This document shows positions 1 through 12,697 of a stretch of DNA of 64,000 nucleotides, in pieces. The notes beneath the pieces are model-generated. The model ran no database searches. It saw only the letters and a program-made list of their open reading frames with translations, and was not told where the DNA came from. A program made the position numbers and the translations under genes. Each line of letters starts with the position of its first letter. Positions within the stretch are counted from its first letter, which is position 1. The DNA is from an uncultured Armatimonadetes bacterium (GTDB taxonomy: Bacteria; Armatimonadota; UBA5829; DTJY01): the NCBI GenBank assembly GCA_963717145.1, contig OY970325.1:2080001-2144000 (forward strand), written 5' to 3'.

Positions 1-1386
1 GGCCATCGAAATGTCGCTTGCTATCGTGGTCTCACGCGATTGGGCGCCCGGCATCTTCACTTGCGTATCGGTCTCCTGCCCCTGGTCGCCATGGCCATGA
101 ACAGAAACACAGTCCGGCAGGCCAAACCGGTCCAGTGCCTCGATGAAGGCGGTGACTACGTCCGCGTCGAACTGCTTTCCGGCCGAGTTCTTTATGTAAT
201 CGATCGCCTGATCGGGGCTGCTGTCCGCCCGGTACGAACGCTTGTTGGTCATGGCGTCATACACATCGGCCACAGCCAGGATGCGCGCTCCCAGCGGAAT
301 CTCCTCGCCCTTCAGCTTGTCAGGATAGCCTGTGCCGTCCCAGCGCTCGTGGTGGCTTCGAATCATGGAGCCGACCGGCCACGGGAACCGCACATTATCG
401 AGTATCTTCTGGCCGATGGTGGAATGCGCCTGAATCCTCTCGAACTCCTGCTGGTCGAGCTTGCCCGGCTTGTGAAGTATATGCTCCGGGACTCCGAGCC
501 TGCCTATGTCATGGAGAAGGGCCGCAGTCCGAATACCCTCGACCTCGTGAGGAGAGAGCCTCATCTGCTGCGCGATCGCGACCGCTGTGCGCTCGACCCC
601 CTTGGTATGGTAGCACTTGTACTTCTCCTTGGCGTCAATGGCGCACACCAGAGATTCTATGGTGGCAAGATAGATGCTCGCCTGACTGTCGCGACCTCTC
701 ATGGCATAGACAGAGCGCTCTATCAGGGATTCCAGCAATGACTCGTTGACCAGATAGGCAAGCGGCGTAAGAAACAGGATGGGCTGCCAGTCCGTAAACA
801 AGTGGAGGGTATTCGAGATAGCAGCGACCGCCACACCCACCCCGAACTCGATGGCGATCCGATTTCCATGGATGCGCCGGTTCGCGGGCACCCAATATCG
901 CTGGTAGCCGTCAAGCAGCTCTCCCATCATCAGGAGAGCAAACCCTGCAACTGCGGGCCCCAATGTGATTGCAATGGAGGCGTAGGGGCCGGGCTCGACG
1001 TTTGCCTGCAGGTATGATTTCACTAACCCGATGACCAGTCCGACGAACCCCGCCTGAATCCCGCCTCTGAGCACCCGGCCGACGGACTTCGCGGATGCGC
1101 CGCAGACACCGGCTCCGGTCCCCGCAGCCAGCCCCACCGTGAGGCCGCCGATCGGCCCGAAGGCCAGTGCACCCGCATAGGCCAGCGCGCCGGACACCGC
1201 CCTGGGAGCATCACGCCGAACCAGGCAGGTAGACTTGGCGCCTACCAGCAGTGCGAGCAGCGAGTACACCGCCAGGGCATTGGCATAGTTTGAGCCGAAG
1301 GAGAACACGGTCAGGATCGCCAGCCAGAACACAGCGAAGGTGACTGCGGCGCTTCGGCGGTTTGTCGTAGTCTTTTGACTGTTCAT
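1..1386 (-). CDS. Membrane-anchored HD-GYP domain protein (c-di-GMP phosphodiesterase-like), 3' end runs off the window
   Basis: Not in the ORF track. Minus frame is open from ATG 1386 to base 1: hydrophobic N-terminal region, then AALLHDIG...HHERWDGTGYPDKLKGEEIPLGARILAVADVYDAM. Confidence 0.9.
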   Translation of the reverse strand, partial: MNSQKTTTNRRSAAVTFAVFWLAILTVFSFGSNYANALAVYSLLALLVGAKSTCLVRRDAPRAVSGALAYAGALAFGPIGGLTVGLAAGTGAGVCGASAKSVGRVLRGGIQAGFVGLVIGLVKSYLQANVEPGPYASIAITLGPAVAGFALLMMGELLDGYQRYWVPANRRIHGNRIAIEFGVGVAVAAISNTLHLFTDWQPILFLTPLAYLVNESLLESLIERSVYAMRGRDSQASIYLATIESLVCAIDAKEKYKCYHTKGVERTAVAIAQQMRLSPHEVEGIRTAALLHDIGRLGVPEHILHKPGKLDQQEFERIQAHSTIGQKILDNVRFPWPVGSMIRSHHERWDGTGYPDKLKGEEIPLGARILAVADVYDAMTNKRSYRADSSPDQAIDYIKNSAGKQFDADVVTAFIEALDRFGLPDCVSVHGHGDQGQETDTQVKMPGAQSRETTIASDISMA

Positions 1387-1411
1387 GATTTACGTTTAGG
1401 GCAGCCGTCAC

Positions 1412-1648
1412 TTACGACCGCTTACCATTAAAGTCGGCCTGAATCGCCGTCATCTTTAGGTCGTTGGCCTGCACCGACTTCCATTTTTTATAGATCTCGC
1501 AGTCCCGGCATTCGGTCAGGTTGGCCTTGGAGCAGCATGGGACGCTCACAAGATCCCAGCAGTTCAGGCCTTCGGCATACGCCCTGCACTTCAGGTAGTA
1601 GCTCGCGGGACACCCTTTGACACTATAGTCACTGCACTTGCTTGCCAT
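1412..1648 (-). CDS. Small Cys-rich protein (78 aa, 8 Cys, CW and CxxC motifs)
   Basis: MASKCSDYSVKGCPASYYLKCRAY...NCWDLVSVPCC...ECRDCEIY; AAGGAGG RBS before ATG 1648; lies between the riboswitch and the HD-GYP gene. Confidence 0.75.
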   Translation of the reverse strand: MASKCSDYSVKGCPASYYLKCRAYAEGLNCWDLVSVPCCSKANLTECRDCEIYKKWKSVQANDLKMTAIQADFNGKRS

Positions 1649-1738
1649 GTCCGCCTCCTTGTGCCCCGGTCTAACCGGTTCAGAGAGGCTCAGCATCCGT
1701 GATAGGGGGACGCCGGTCTTCTGACAGGCTCAAAATGC

Positions 1739-1844
1739 AAAAAACCAGGCTACCACAGCTAATCGCTCGGGTCACCGCCGTTGAGTAGGAATCTGAGATC
1801 CCTTCCCAACGACGGCTACTGCGCGGCTAACTTCGGCAGCCTGG
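1739..1844 (-). terminator. Riboswitch expression platform: long intrinsic terminator overlapping the aptamer 3' end
   Basis: CCAGGCUGCC (1844-1835) pairs with GGUAGCCUGG (1754-1745), followed by U6; an internal hairpin CCGUCGUUGGG...CUCAACGGCGG sits inside. Confidence 0.7.
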
Positions 1845-1928
1845 CTATCGTACCCCGGCCTCCGGCTGGCGGGGTTTAGATCCATGGCTTTGCGTCTCCA
1901 CCTTTCGGCGGATTTGCCTTTATCGTGA
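1832..1928 (-). promoter_or_regulatory. c-di-GMP-I (GEMM) riboswitch aptamer
   Basis: Minus strand AAAGGCAAAUCCGCCGAAAGGUGGAGACGCAAAGCCAUGGAUCUAAACCCC...GAUAGCCAGGCUGCCGAAG matches the GGCAAA/GAAA tetraloop/GACGCAAAGC/CUAA/GCCG consensus. Confidence 0.9.
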
Positions 1929-2316
1929 AACGCGGTATCAAGTGTCTTACGTCTAACTTATGCCATGTTTGCCATCACTGTGACCTGGTAATTATGCGGG
2001 TTAATGCTGGAAAAAACGCGGGGAGGCGTAACCTGGCGTGTGCGTTCGCCGTTATACACATAGTGGGGTTTGTCGCCCCGCGATCGAGGCACGGAGTCCC
2101 GGCGCCGTCCAAGCTCTCCTGGCTTCGTGCCTCGAATTCATTTCGTCGGGAACGAACTGAGCCGAAGAGAAGTCAAACCGGTAGAGGCGCAACGAATGAG
2201 GCTGAGGCAAAAACTATCTGCATGGCTGCTGACGGCGGCGATCCTGTTCGTAATGAGCACGAGGGCACTGGGAGCCGGGTGACACATGGAACACCGGAAG
2301 CAGACTCATTAGGCGT

Positions 2317-4521
2317 CTATCTGACCACCAACACCACCGCACTTCGACCCGGGACCTTGATCGTCTGCTCGGCGGAAGTACTCCTCGCGGATGATTCGAG
2401 TCCGTCCGGGCCGATACGCTCGATGGTGAATCCCTTCGAGGCCGTGATCCCCACGCGAACGAGAGGCAAGTGAACCTCGACCTCGTGCTCCCCATCCGAC
2501 ATGTTCGCGAGCAGGACTCCGAGCGCGCCGTCCTCCGCCTGCCATGCCGAGCCGATGACCGAGGGCGTGTCGATCTTATATGATCCGCTGAACGAGCCAC
2601 TCCCTTCGCCTGTGAGACGCGGATTGTCGCCGGTCGGTGTGATCAATCCGAGGAATCGGCCATCGGTGAGGAACCCATGAGCGAACCGCCTGGTCCGCGC
2701 GAGGGTCCGTAGGTATTCGGCCTCATCCCTGTTCTCCTCGGCCATGATGAGCGCCGGCTGAATCCATCCCAACTGCGCGCCGAAGATGAAGCAGCGGGCC
2801 GTCTTGTAGTCGAACGGAAGGCCCTTCTGGAGATCGGTCGCCGGATAGTACAAGAAGCCAAAGTTGATCACCCGCCCGGAGTAGACTGCCGGCCAGAGCG
2901 GGATGATCGGATGCTCGCCGGTCGGGCTGTTCACGAGCAGGAGCGCATCGAACTGATCGAGCCAGCACTCGGCGTTCTCCTCGGTCGTGATCATGCGGTC
3001 TTTCGGCAGCAGTTTCCGCGTCTTGTCGAGGAGCTTCCGATAGCCGCGATACCAGAAGTCGCCGCCGCCGATGGGATGCCCGTGGCTCGGATCGAAACAC
3101 TGCACGGGATACGCCGCGCATATCTGGTCGATATAGACGCCGTTCACGTTGAGTTCCGAGATCATCCGCTTCACGAGGCCGGAAACCTTGTCCTGCCATT
3201 GCGCGGTGTAGGGACACATCGCATTCAGCGGGACCTTCGAGCCGTAGACTTCGGTGTACGGCTCGCCGTTCTCCTGGCGCGCGGCCCATTTGTCCCCGCC
3301 CTCGATCCAGGTCTTCGAATTCGGATCGCAGAGCCGGCCGTTGATGTACGGCATCACGTATGTGCCGGCATCCTGGACCTCCCGAATGCCCTCCGCGAAT
3401 CCCGGGAGCGGCGGGAAGTACTCGGGGTAGAGGGTGTCATACGGAATCTGATGCCAGCGATACCAATGGAGCGAGGTCGGCACGTCGAAGAACGCGAGGG
3501 CCTGCTTCGTGACCTCGACGTTCTGCTCGGCGGAACCATCCGGTCGGAGCCAGAGGTCGGTGTCTTTCACCCAGTCCGGGATCGGACGCTTCGAGACCAG
3601 GCCGGCGCTCCCCCATTTCGTGGTGAACGTCCATTTGCGGTAGATCTGAGCCGCGTCCCAGTAATCGCCATCGAAGACGCCGACCGCGATATCGTAGGGC
3701 AACGTGAACATACCGTCTGAGACTGCGGGGTAGTTGGCGATCGTAGCGCCGACGCCATCCTCGCGGGCGCTCGCACTGAGGCGCTTGTGATTGGCATTCG
3801 GATCGTGGGCGGCGATGTAGAGTCCTCGTCCATGGTTGTAGAAGGCGACGAACTGCATCGCCGCCGAGCACGAGGGATATGTGCCCCCGTATCCGACGCC
3901 CGGCCTCATCGAGTATTCGACGCCCCACCCCGCCGGCGCCGCGAGCTTGAGGCCCTCCTCCTGCTTCACGTTGGGGATGATCGGGAAGTCGGCACGCATC
4001 AGCTTCCAGCCCTGAGGGAGCTTGACCTTGAGCGACCAGTAGGAGATCGGATCGCCCGCTTCGAGCCGGACGCTCATCGTCACGATCGCGGAATGAGGTC
4101 CGAGAGGGATCGTCCATGTGAACTCGGTCCGCCCAGCCGTGTAGTGGCCGTGCCTCTGTGCCGGCCTGCTACCGGGGATGGCCGGCACAGAGGCGCGGCC
4201 ACTACACTCAGCGCGGACGCCTGTCAGCTCCGCCTCACCGCTGCCGACCTCGCGCGAGGCGTTCTCCGGGCCGCGGAGGTCGAGCTTCCAGAGCGATGCG
4301 CCCGGTCCGAACGCGCCGAGCCGCTCGCCGCCACGCCCGGAGATGCTCGTGAGGGCCAGACGCTTGTCGGACGTGCCGAAAGTCACGCTGACCTTCCCGT
4401 TCTCGAGATTGACGCTGTCTGAACCCTTCGAAACCTTCACGGGCTGTGCCGCCATGACTGCCTCCATCATCCAAAGCCCCAACAGGACCGGGGCGATCAA
4501 CCGAGCGATCTGTCTCACCAT
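2317..4521 (-). CDS. Secreted putative glycoside hydrolase (DUF6259-like TIM barrel)
   Basis: Signal peptide after ATG 4521 (GAGAGG RBS); motifs HWYRWHQIPYDTLYPEYFP, MPYING, GVYIDQI, HGHPIGGG, TTEENAE. Confidence 0.7.
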   Translation of the reverse strand: MVRQIARLIAPVLLGLWMMEAVMAAQPVKVSKGSDSVNLENGKVSVTFGTSDKRLALTSISGRGGERLGAFGPGASLWKLDLRGPENASREVGSGEAELTGVRAECSGRASVPAIPGSRPAQRHGHYTAGRTEFTWTIPLGPHSAIVTMSVRLEAGDPISYWSLKVKLPQGWKLMRADFPIIPNVKQEEGLKLAAPAGWGVEYSMRPGVGYGGTYPSCSAAMQFVAFYNHGRGLYIAAHDPNANHKRLSASAREDGVGATIANYPAVSDGMFTLPYDIAVGVFDGDYWDAAQIYRKWTFTTKWGSAGLVSKRPIPDWVKDTDLWLRPDGSAEQNVEVTKQALAFFDVPTSLHWYRWHQIPYDTLYPEYFPPLPGFAEGIREVQDAGTYVMPYINGRLCDPNSKTWIEGGDKWAARQENGEPYTEVYGSKVPLNAMCPYTAQWQDKVSGLVKRMISELNVNGVYIDQICAAYPVQCFDPSHGHPIGGGDFWYRGYRKLLDKTRKLLPKDRMITTEENAECWLDQFDALLLVNSPTGEHPIIPLWPAVYSGRVINFGFLYYPATDLQKGLPFDYKTARCFIFGAQLGWIQPALIMAEENRDEAEYLRTLARTRRFAHGFLTDGRFLGLITPTGDNPRLTGEGSGSFSGSYKIDTPSVIGSAWQAEDGALGVLLANMSDGEHEVEVHLPLVRVGITASKGFTIERIGPDGLESSARSTSAEQTIKVPGRSAVVLVVR
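4139..4207. repeat. REP-like palindrome, family A, inserted in-frame in the CDS
   Basis: GTAGTGGCCGTGCCTCTGTGCCGGCC...GGCCGGCACAGAGGCGCGGCCACTAC; same element recurs at 28954, 36947, 41428 and 56504. Confidence 0.9.
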
Positions 4522-4661
4522 TGATGTACACCTCTCACCACGGCCATTCCTCGCACATGATAGCAGAAAGGCCCATCGGCAACAAAATCGGCCCGAGCAT
4601 CGTCTAACTAGTGAGGAACCACTTGGGCAGCCGCGCTCGCTCATTCGCGCCCCCAAATCCC

Positions 4662-4690
4662 TTGCATTTGGGGGCAGGCTGTGGTAAAAT
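4662..4690 (+). promoter_or_regulatory. Sigma70-type promoter of tRNA-Ser
   Basis: TTGCAT-17 bp-TAAAAT with extended TG. Confidence 0.6.
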
Positions 4691-4707
4691 CATCTTGACC
4701 TGAGCGT

Positions 4708-4799
4708 GGAGAGGTGGCTGAGTGGTCGAAAGCGGCCGCCTGCTAAGCGGTTATGGGGGTAATACTCCATCCCGGGTTCGAATCCCGGCCTCTCCGCCA
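4708..4799 (+). tRNA. tRNA-Ser(GCT)
   Basis: GGAGAGG acceptor stem, anticodon loop CT-GCT-AA, long variable arm, GGTTCGAATCC, encoded CCA. Confidence 0.97.
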
Positions 4800-4918
4800 T
4801 TGTTTTCAGGACCGTCTGCCTCAATACTGCGATCCTGTTACGCGGAACAGTATAGTAACCCCCGGAGACACCCGATGATTATGCTGTAGGTACAAGGGAC
4901 AAAGGGGACAAGGTATCA

Positions 4919-5872
4919 ATGCGATTTCGATTGCCGCTGCTCCTGGGAGCGCTCATATTTGCCATTTCCGCTTGCTCTGCAGGCGGAAGCACGGTCGATG
5001 ACTACCTGAAGCTCAAGTCATCGCTGAAGGCTTCCGCGATCTCGCTCGGCGAGGTCAAGAAGAACATGTCCGGGCGAGTCGGCAACGTGATCGAACTGAC
5101 CGGAACCGTCTCCGGCACGATCAAGTCCGGCGGCACGAACAGCCTCATCCTCGCGTGCAGCGGCGAATCCCTCATCATCAGCGCCGACAAGCTCCCCGAC
5201 TGCGCCGCCAATGGAAACACCATCCGAGCGCTCGTGGAACTCGGGCCGAGGAACGTTGTGTGCCTCTCCGACCTGAAGCTCCGTGGGGCCGCCTACGAGT
5301 GGGAAGTCGCCAAGCGGGAGAAGGAATTGACTTCGAAGGCCGCCAAGCCTCAGCCTGCTCCGGAGCGTTCGCGTCCCCAACTGACCTCTCGCGGCGGAGC
5401 GAAGCCCTCCGAACGGATTATGTCGATCTTCGAGCCGTACAAGAACGCGATCGCCAAGCTCAATCCACGCCTGAGCAAGGCCCAGCTCGAGGAGATCACG
5501 CTCAGCATCCTGACCTACAGCGAGTACTACGGCACGGACCCCAGACTCGCGGTCGCCCTGATAATCGCGGAATCGAACTTCAATGTCAACGCGACCTCGC
5601 CGAAGGGCGCGATGGGGCTCGGGCAGCTCATGCCCGGCACGGCGAAGGGACTCGGAGTGCGCAACGCGTATGACCCTCAGCAGAACATCGCGGGGTGCAT
5701 CAAGCTGATGAGCGGCCACCTCAACAAATACGGCCACCTGTCGCTCGCGCTTTCGGCCTACAACGCGGGTCCGGGCGCGGTCAAGAAGTACGGTGGAGTG
5801 CCGCCCTACCGCGAGACCCAGAACTACGTCGCCAAGGTGACCTCGATCTACAACGCGCTCTGCGGGAAGTAG
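4919..5872 (+). CDS. Lytic transglycosylase (SLT domain) with N-terminal signal and OB-like region
   Basis: [44 protein letters not shown]. Confidence 0.92.
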   Translation: MRFRLPLLLGALIFAISACSAGGSTVDDYLKLKSSLKASAISLGEVKKNMSGRVGNVIELTGTVSGTIKSGGTNSLILACSGESLIISADKLPDCAANGNTIRALVELGPRNVVCLSDLKLRGAAYEWEVAKREKELTSKAAKPQPAPERSRPQLTSRGGAKPSERIMSIFEPYKNAIAKLNPRLSKAQLEEITLSILTYSEYYGTDPRLAVALIIAESNFNVNATSPKGAMGLGQLMPGTAKGLGVRNAYDPQQNIAGCIKLMSGHLNKYGHLSLALSAYNAGPGAVKKYGGVPPYRETQNYVAKVTSIYNALCGK

Positions 5873-5983
5873 GCGGGGCAGACCGTCAAACCCGGAAGAT
5901 CCCACCTCTCCATCCACCTGCAGGTTTCCTGCTTCCTTTTCGCTAACACTGAGATACTGAAGAGTATCCGGAAAGGAAGCATA

Positions 5984-8022
5984 GTGAAACATATCCTCGT
6001 TGTCCTGCTGCTGCTCGCAGCGATGCCCGTGCATGCATCTGACGTCTACAACATCAAGTCCGATCTCTCCGAGAAGGAGTTGTGCCAGTTGTACGCCGAG
6101 GTGCTGCTCAAGTTCAGCCGATTCGCGGAGACCGTATGGAAGCAGTCGCCCGATGATCCGAAGGCCGGCTACTGGGGCAACGGAATCAGCGGCGGGAATG
6201 AGGGCATCCGGGCGGTCGGCAACACGGCACTGGTTTACGCGGTCCTCGCGAACGAGACCGATGCGCTCGATGAGGCCACTCGCCGAGCATACGTCGATCG
6301 AGCGCTTGCAGGCACACGATATGTCGCGATGAGCCATATCACCGGCGCGGGCAAGTGCATCGACGGCAAGCAGTGGGGCAAATCGTGGCAGTCCACGATG
6401 TGGGCCGCCAACATGGGGCTCGCCGCATGGATACTTCGGGATGAGATCGACCCCGAACTGCGGTCGGCAGTCGAGCGTGTGGTCACATACGAGGCAGACC
6501 GATTCCTCAACACCAAGCCCGGCGCACAGCGGTACGGCAACACCAGGGCGGAGGAGAACGGTTGGGACCAGATCCTGATCTCGCTCGCACCGAATATGCT
6601 CCCGGATCATCCGAACGCCGCTCAGTGGCGCGAGAAGTCGATCGAGTGGATGATGAATACCATCTCCGCGCCTCAAGATGCCACGGACACTACTGTGGTC
6701 GATGGCCGCCCGGTGAAGGATTGGTTCGTCGGCGCGAACACCCATCCCGATTTCATCCTCGAGAACCACGGCTTTTTCCATCCCAGCTACACGATGGTCA
6801 GCGCCGCGGAGATGGGCGAGGGCGCCTTCTTCTATGCCTACGCCGGCGACCCGATCCCCCAGGCCGCGGGACATCATCTGCTCGACAACTGGTGGGCGCT
6901 CCAGGAGTTCATGCAGCCCTCAGGCGAGTGGATCTCCCTCAGGGCATGGACTGGGAGCTTCACTCGGACAGCCATATCCACTATCTCGCATGGCTGGCGA
7001 TCTATGGGCGAGACCCGGTCGCGGCGATGATGGAGAAGCGAGTCGCCCAGAACATGAGGGAGCAGCAGCAGATCTACGGCACCGGAAGGCTCGCGGGCCC
7101 GGCGTCGAGCCTCGGATATGCGCGTGATTGCATCCAGACGGAACGGACGTCATATGCGCTCCTGTACCACAAGTATGTCGGGCTGCCTGCGGACGACCCG
7201 GTCGCCGCCGAGCGCACTTGGCGCGCAGTCAACGGCGTCCGCCGGCATGTCCACACAGACCTCATCACGCATCGAACCGGCAGCAAGTTCGCCTCGTTCT
7301 CCTGGAAGAATCACATAATGGGCGAGGTCGTCCCCATGAGCCCGGATCACGCGGGCAACCCGCACTTCACGACTCCGATCACGACCGGCTTCGTCGGGAG
7401 TTTCGCCATCGCCGATCCGAGCGCCAAGGGCCTGAAGGTCATCGAGCGCACCTGGCGGCCGTTGCCCGACGGGTTCGAGACGCGCGGGACACTGAGCATC
7501 AACGGGGGATTCCTCAAGCAGGAGGTCGTCTTCGCATCGGTCGGCGAGCGGGCGGTGGTCTATCTGGACCGAGTCACTGCGGAGAAGGACGTGCGGATCG
7601 AGCAGGAGATCGGAGTCCCGTTCGGCATCCAGAACGACGAGCTGAACGGCGACAGACGGACGCTCTACCATGACGGCGGGTCGCACGTCGTCACCGGTCC
7701 GGATACGGATCAGACGATCCGCGTTCCCGGCATGTGGGCCAACGTAGATGGCAGGCTTGGCGTCATCGCGCCGAGCGGAGGCCTCGTCTACCGCGACATG
7801 CCGAAGTACAACCGCAACGGCGCGCGGGAGGACTTCCTGTACGGATCGCTCTCAGCCGGGCCGCGGGAGTTCAAGGCTGGAGACGTCGTCGCACAGAGAG
7901 CCCTCGTCTTCCTGACCGAGACGAGCCCGGAAGAGACCGCCTCGCTGGCTTCGAAGGTGCGCCTGGATGGTGCGCGCTTGACGATCGAGCTGCCGGAAGG
8001 GAGCTATGCGTTCGATTTGTAG
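5984..8022 (+). CDS. Secreted hypothetical protein (possibly polysaccharide lyase-like), split by a 1-nt frameshift near 6935
   Basis: ORFs 5984-7030 and 6562-8022 join as ...SGEWI/xPQGMDWELH...; signal peptide; ENHGFFHPSY motif. Confidence 0.65.
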
Positions 8023-8195
8023 ATCAGCAGGACCGTATAGCTGAAGAACTCATGGCCTGCAGACGGTCCAAACTCGGTCGCGGCCATTTCGACGATGGCA
8101 TCATCATCCAGGCGGCTGAGAAATTCGTTCAACTGCTCGTGGACCTTCGGAAGCTTGTCCAGAGCGTTCGCATGGAACAGTTGCGCCTTCAGCAT
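8004..8195 (-). CDS. Small hypothetical protein (63 aa)
   Basis: MLKAQLFHAN...FSYTVLLIYKSNA; globular composition; GGGGG upstream; fills the intergenic space. Confidence 0.55.
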   Translation of the reverse strand: MLKAQLFHANALDKLPKVHEQLNEFLSRLDDDAIVEMAATEFGPSAGHEFFSYTVLLIYKSNA

Positions 8196-8250
8196 ATCTA
8201 GCACCCCCCAAACCACAAGACTTCACGCTGATGATAGTAATACCACGCGG

Positions 8251-8319
8251 ATGTCATTCTGAGCGCAGCGAAGAATCTATCTGCGCGAGCCAGATTCTTC
8301 GCTGCGCTCAGAACGACAT
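8251..8319. repeat. Palindromic intergenic element
   Basis: ATGTCATTCTGAGCGCAGCGAAGAATCT...AGATTCTTCGCTGCGCTCAGAACGACAT; a degenerate relative lies at ~15403-15431. Confidence 0.85.
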
Positions 8320-8358
8320 CCATTGCTTAGGTCTTCTATGCCCACGGGCAATTCACCT

Positions 8359-9276
8359 TCAGCCCACCCCGAGGAGCCTCAGAGTGAGTGGGATGGTGAT
8401 CAGGCTGAGCAGGGTCGCGGTGAAGATCGCACTGTTGGCAAACTTCCCGCAGTCACCGAACCGCCCGGCGATGACGGCGGACATCATGGCGCCCGGCATC
8501 GCCGATTCCAGCACTGTGACCTGATGCATCGTCCCCTGCACGCCGACGAGATTCATCGCATGATAGGTGAGCAGCGGGAGGACTCCAAGTTTGAGCGCGC
8601 ACGCCACCAGGACCGGGACGGCATACCCCTTGAGCGAACTCGCGCTCAGTGACAGCCCGAGGGAGATCATCACGAGCGGGATAGTGCCGTCGGAGAGATA
8701 TCCGATCGTGCGCATAATCGGCTCGGGAAGTACATACGGGCGAAGGATGAGCGCCAGGGGGATCGCCCACATGCTCGGCAGCTTGAACACCTTCAACATG
8801 TATTCAGCGCTGATCTTCTCGCCGCTGAAGGTCGTTGCCAGGAGTATGCCCAGCGTGTAGAGGGGGAACGCCATCGCCAGCTCGTCGTACATGACCGCCG
8901 TGACGAGCGCGCCCTTGTGGTGGAACGCGGCTTGAACGACCGGGTAGCCGAGAAATCCCGTGTTCCCGAATGCGCTGACGATGATCAGGCCGCCGATGAT
9001 GCGCCGATCGAGCCGGAGCGCTCGACCGATCAGCCACGCGAGGAGCATCACCACCAGCATCGTCGCGAACCCGAAGATCGGGACCTTGGCGATCTCGAGC
9101 GAGAGGTCGCCGTGATAGCCGTATATCGCCTCGAAGATGAACGCGGGCAGCGTCAGGTACAAGACGACCGTGTTCAGGATCTCCGCATCGCCGGACTTCA
9201 GGATGCGAGCCTTCTTGATCCCGTAGCCGGCAAACAGTAGCAGGAATATGGACAGAACAGTGCCTACGATGGACAC
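8359..9276 (-). CDS. AEC (auxin efflux carrier) family transporter
   Basis: About 10 TM segments; LTLPAFIF, FGNTGFLGYP, IPLVMISLG, KLGVLP, ESAMP. Confidence 0.9.
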   Translation of the reverse strand: MSIVGTVLSIFLLLFAGYGIKKARILKSGDAEILNTVVLYLTLPAFIFEAIYGYHGDLSLEIAKVPIFGFATMLVVMLLAWLIGRALRLDRRIIGGLIIVSAFGNTGFLGYPVVQAAFHHKGALVTAVMYDELAMAFPLYTLGILLATTFSGEKISAEYMLKVFKLPSMWAIPLALILRPYVLPEPIMRTIGYLSDGTIPLVMISLGLSLSASSLKGYAVPVLVACALKLGVLPLLTYHAMNLVGVQGTMHQVTVLESAMPGAMMSAVIAGRFGDCGKFANSAIFTATLLSLITIPLTLRLLGVG

Positions 9277-9279
9277 AGG

Positions 9280-11647
<2,368 letters not shown>

Positions 11648-11665
11648 GACTCAGCCCTCCTTTTT

Positions 11666-11911
11666 GGGAAACACGAATCAGACGAATATTCGAATGGGAT
11701 AAGAACCACCCTCATGGCGTCCGCAACGTATGCTTCAAGGCCAGACTCATGCTCTCAAGCTGCCTGATCACGAATGGGAATGGGACTATTCGCGTCAGGA
11801 TTCGTGTCCAGGTACCGCCAGGGGAATAACGTACCGCATATGCCCCGTACCTGACATGGACGAGTAGTCTGGTTTCCCCATATTCGTCCATTCGTGAGAT
11901 TCGTGTTTCCC
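11666..11911. repeat. Inverted-repeat-bounded element (ACGAAT units) with non-coding or degenerate interior
   Basis: Perfect 14-bp terminal IR GGGAAACACGAATC/GATTCGTGTTTCCC, extended by ACGAAT repeats. Confidence 0.7.
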
Positions 11912-12687
11912 TACCGAAACAGCAGACTGCCCTTCCCAAGCTTCACGGCTGACTTGATCAGATCGGCGACGAAATCCTTTGCGAACCGGGCCGCAGACGG
12001 GACATCGTCTCCCAGCGCAATCCGCCCCGTCAGCGCCGCGGAGAAGGCGCATCCGGTTCCATGTACCGCTCTGCCCTCGATTCGGAAACCAGCCAACTCG
12101 GTGAACTCGTCGCCGTCGAACAGCAGATCGATCGGCTCTCCCGGGAGATGCCCGCCTTTTGCCAGCACAAACCTGCATCCGAAGCCGTGGATTATTTGCG
12201 CGGCACGTCTCAGATCATCGAGCGACCGCACCTCGAGGCCTGCGAGCATCCCGGCCTCGATCGCATTCGGAGTCACCACCAGGCATCGCGGGATCAGCCG
12301 GCGCTTCATACGCTGAATCCCCTTTGCGGAGAGCAGACGCGTGCCGTCCTTCGCCGCGATTACCGGGTCGAGCACGACGTTCGGTATCTCACGCCGATCG
12401 ATGCGCTCCGAGACGGTATCGACGGCCTGTTCCGCATAGAGCATGCCTATCTTGCAGGCATCGACGCCGATGTCTCGCATCACCGAGTCGATCTGGGCGG
12501 CGATGATCCTCGGCGGGACCTTGTGAATCTTCTGCACGCCAACGGTATTCTGTGCCGTGACAGCGGTCACCACGGTCATGCCATAGCATCCCAGTCGCTC
12601 GAAGACCCGCAGATCGGCCTGTATCCCGGCCCCAGCGCTTGGATCGGATCCGGCTACTGTCAAGACTCTGGGAATTGGACCAGTCAT
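11911..12687 (-). CDS. thiD: Hydroxymethylpyrimidine/phosphomethylpyrimidine kinase
   Basis: AGSDPSAGAGIQADL, TAQNT, KIGML, TPN, KGGH, HGTGC. Confidence 0.95.
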   Translation of the reverse strand: MTGPIPRVLTVAGSDPSAGAGIQADLRVFERLGCYGMTVVTAVTAQNTVGVQKIHKVPPRIIAAQIDSVMRDIGVDACKIGMLYAEQAVDTVSERIDRREIPNVVLDPVIAAKDGTRLLSAKGIQRMKRRLIPRCLVVTPNAIEAGMLAGLEVRSLDDLRRAAQIIHGFGCRFVLAKGGHLPGEPIDLLFDGDEFTELAGFRIEGRAVHGTGCAFSAALTGRIALGDDVPSAARFAKDFVADLIKSAVKLGKGSLLFR

Positions 12688-12697
12688 TTTTCTTATC

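Noticed and set aside
40-741. 233-aa plus-strand ORF and other long opposite-strand ORFs (e.g. 5018-6877, 22072-23073, 32903-34084)
   Set aside because: Antisense or alternate-frame shadows of clear genes in GC-rich DNA; no motifs of their own.
1832-1928. c-AMP-GMP (GEMM-Ib) variant of the riboswitch
   Set aside because: The specificity position equivalent to G20 (first G of GGCAAA) is G, as in c-di-GMP binders.
4800-4918. c-di-AMP (ydaO) riboswitch before the lytic transglycosylase
   Set aside because: Conserved ydaO segments are absent and the spacer is too short.
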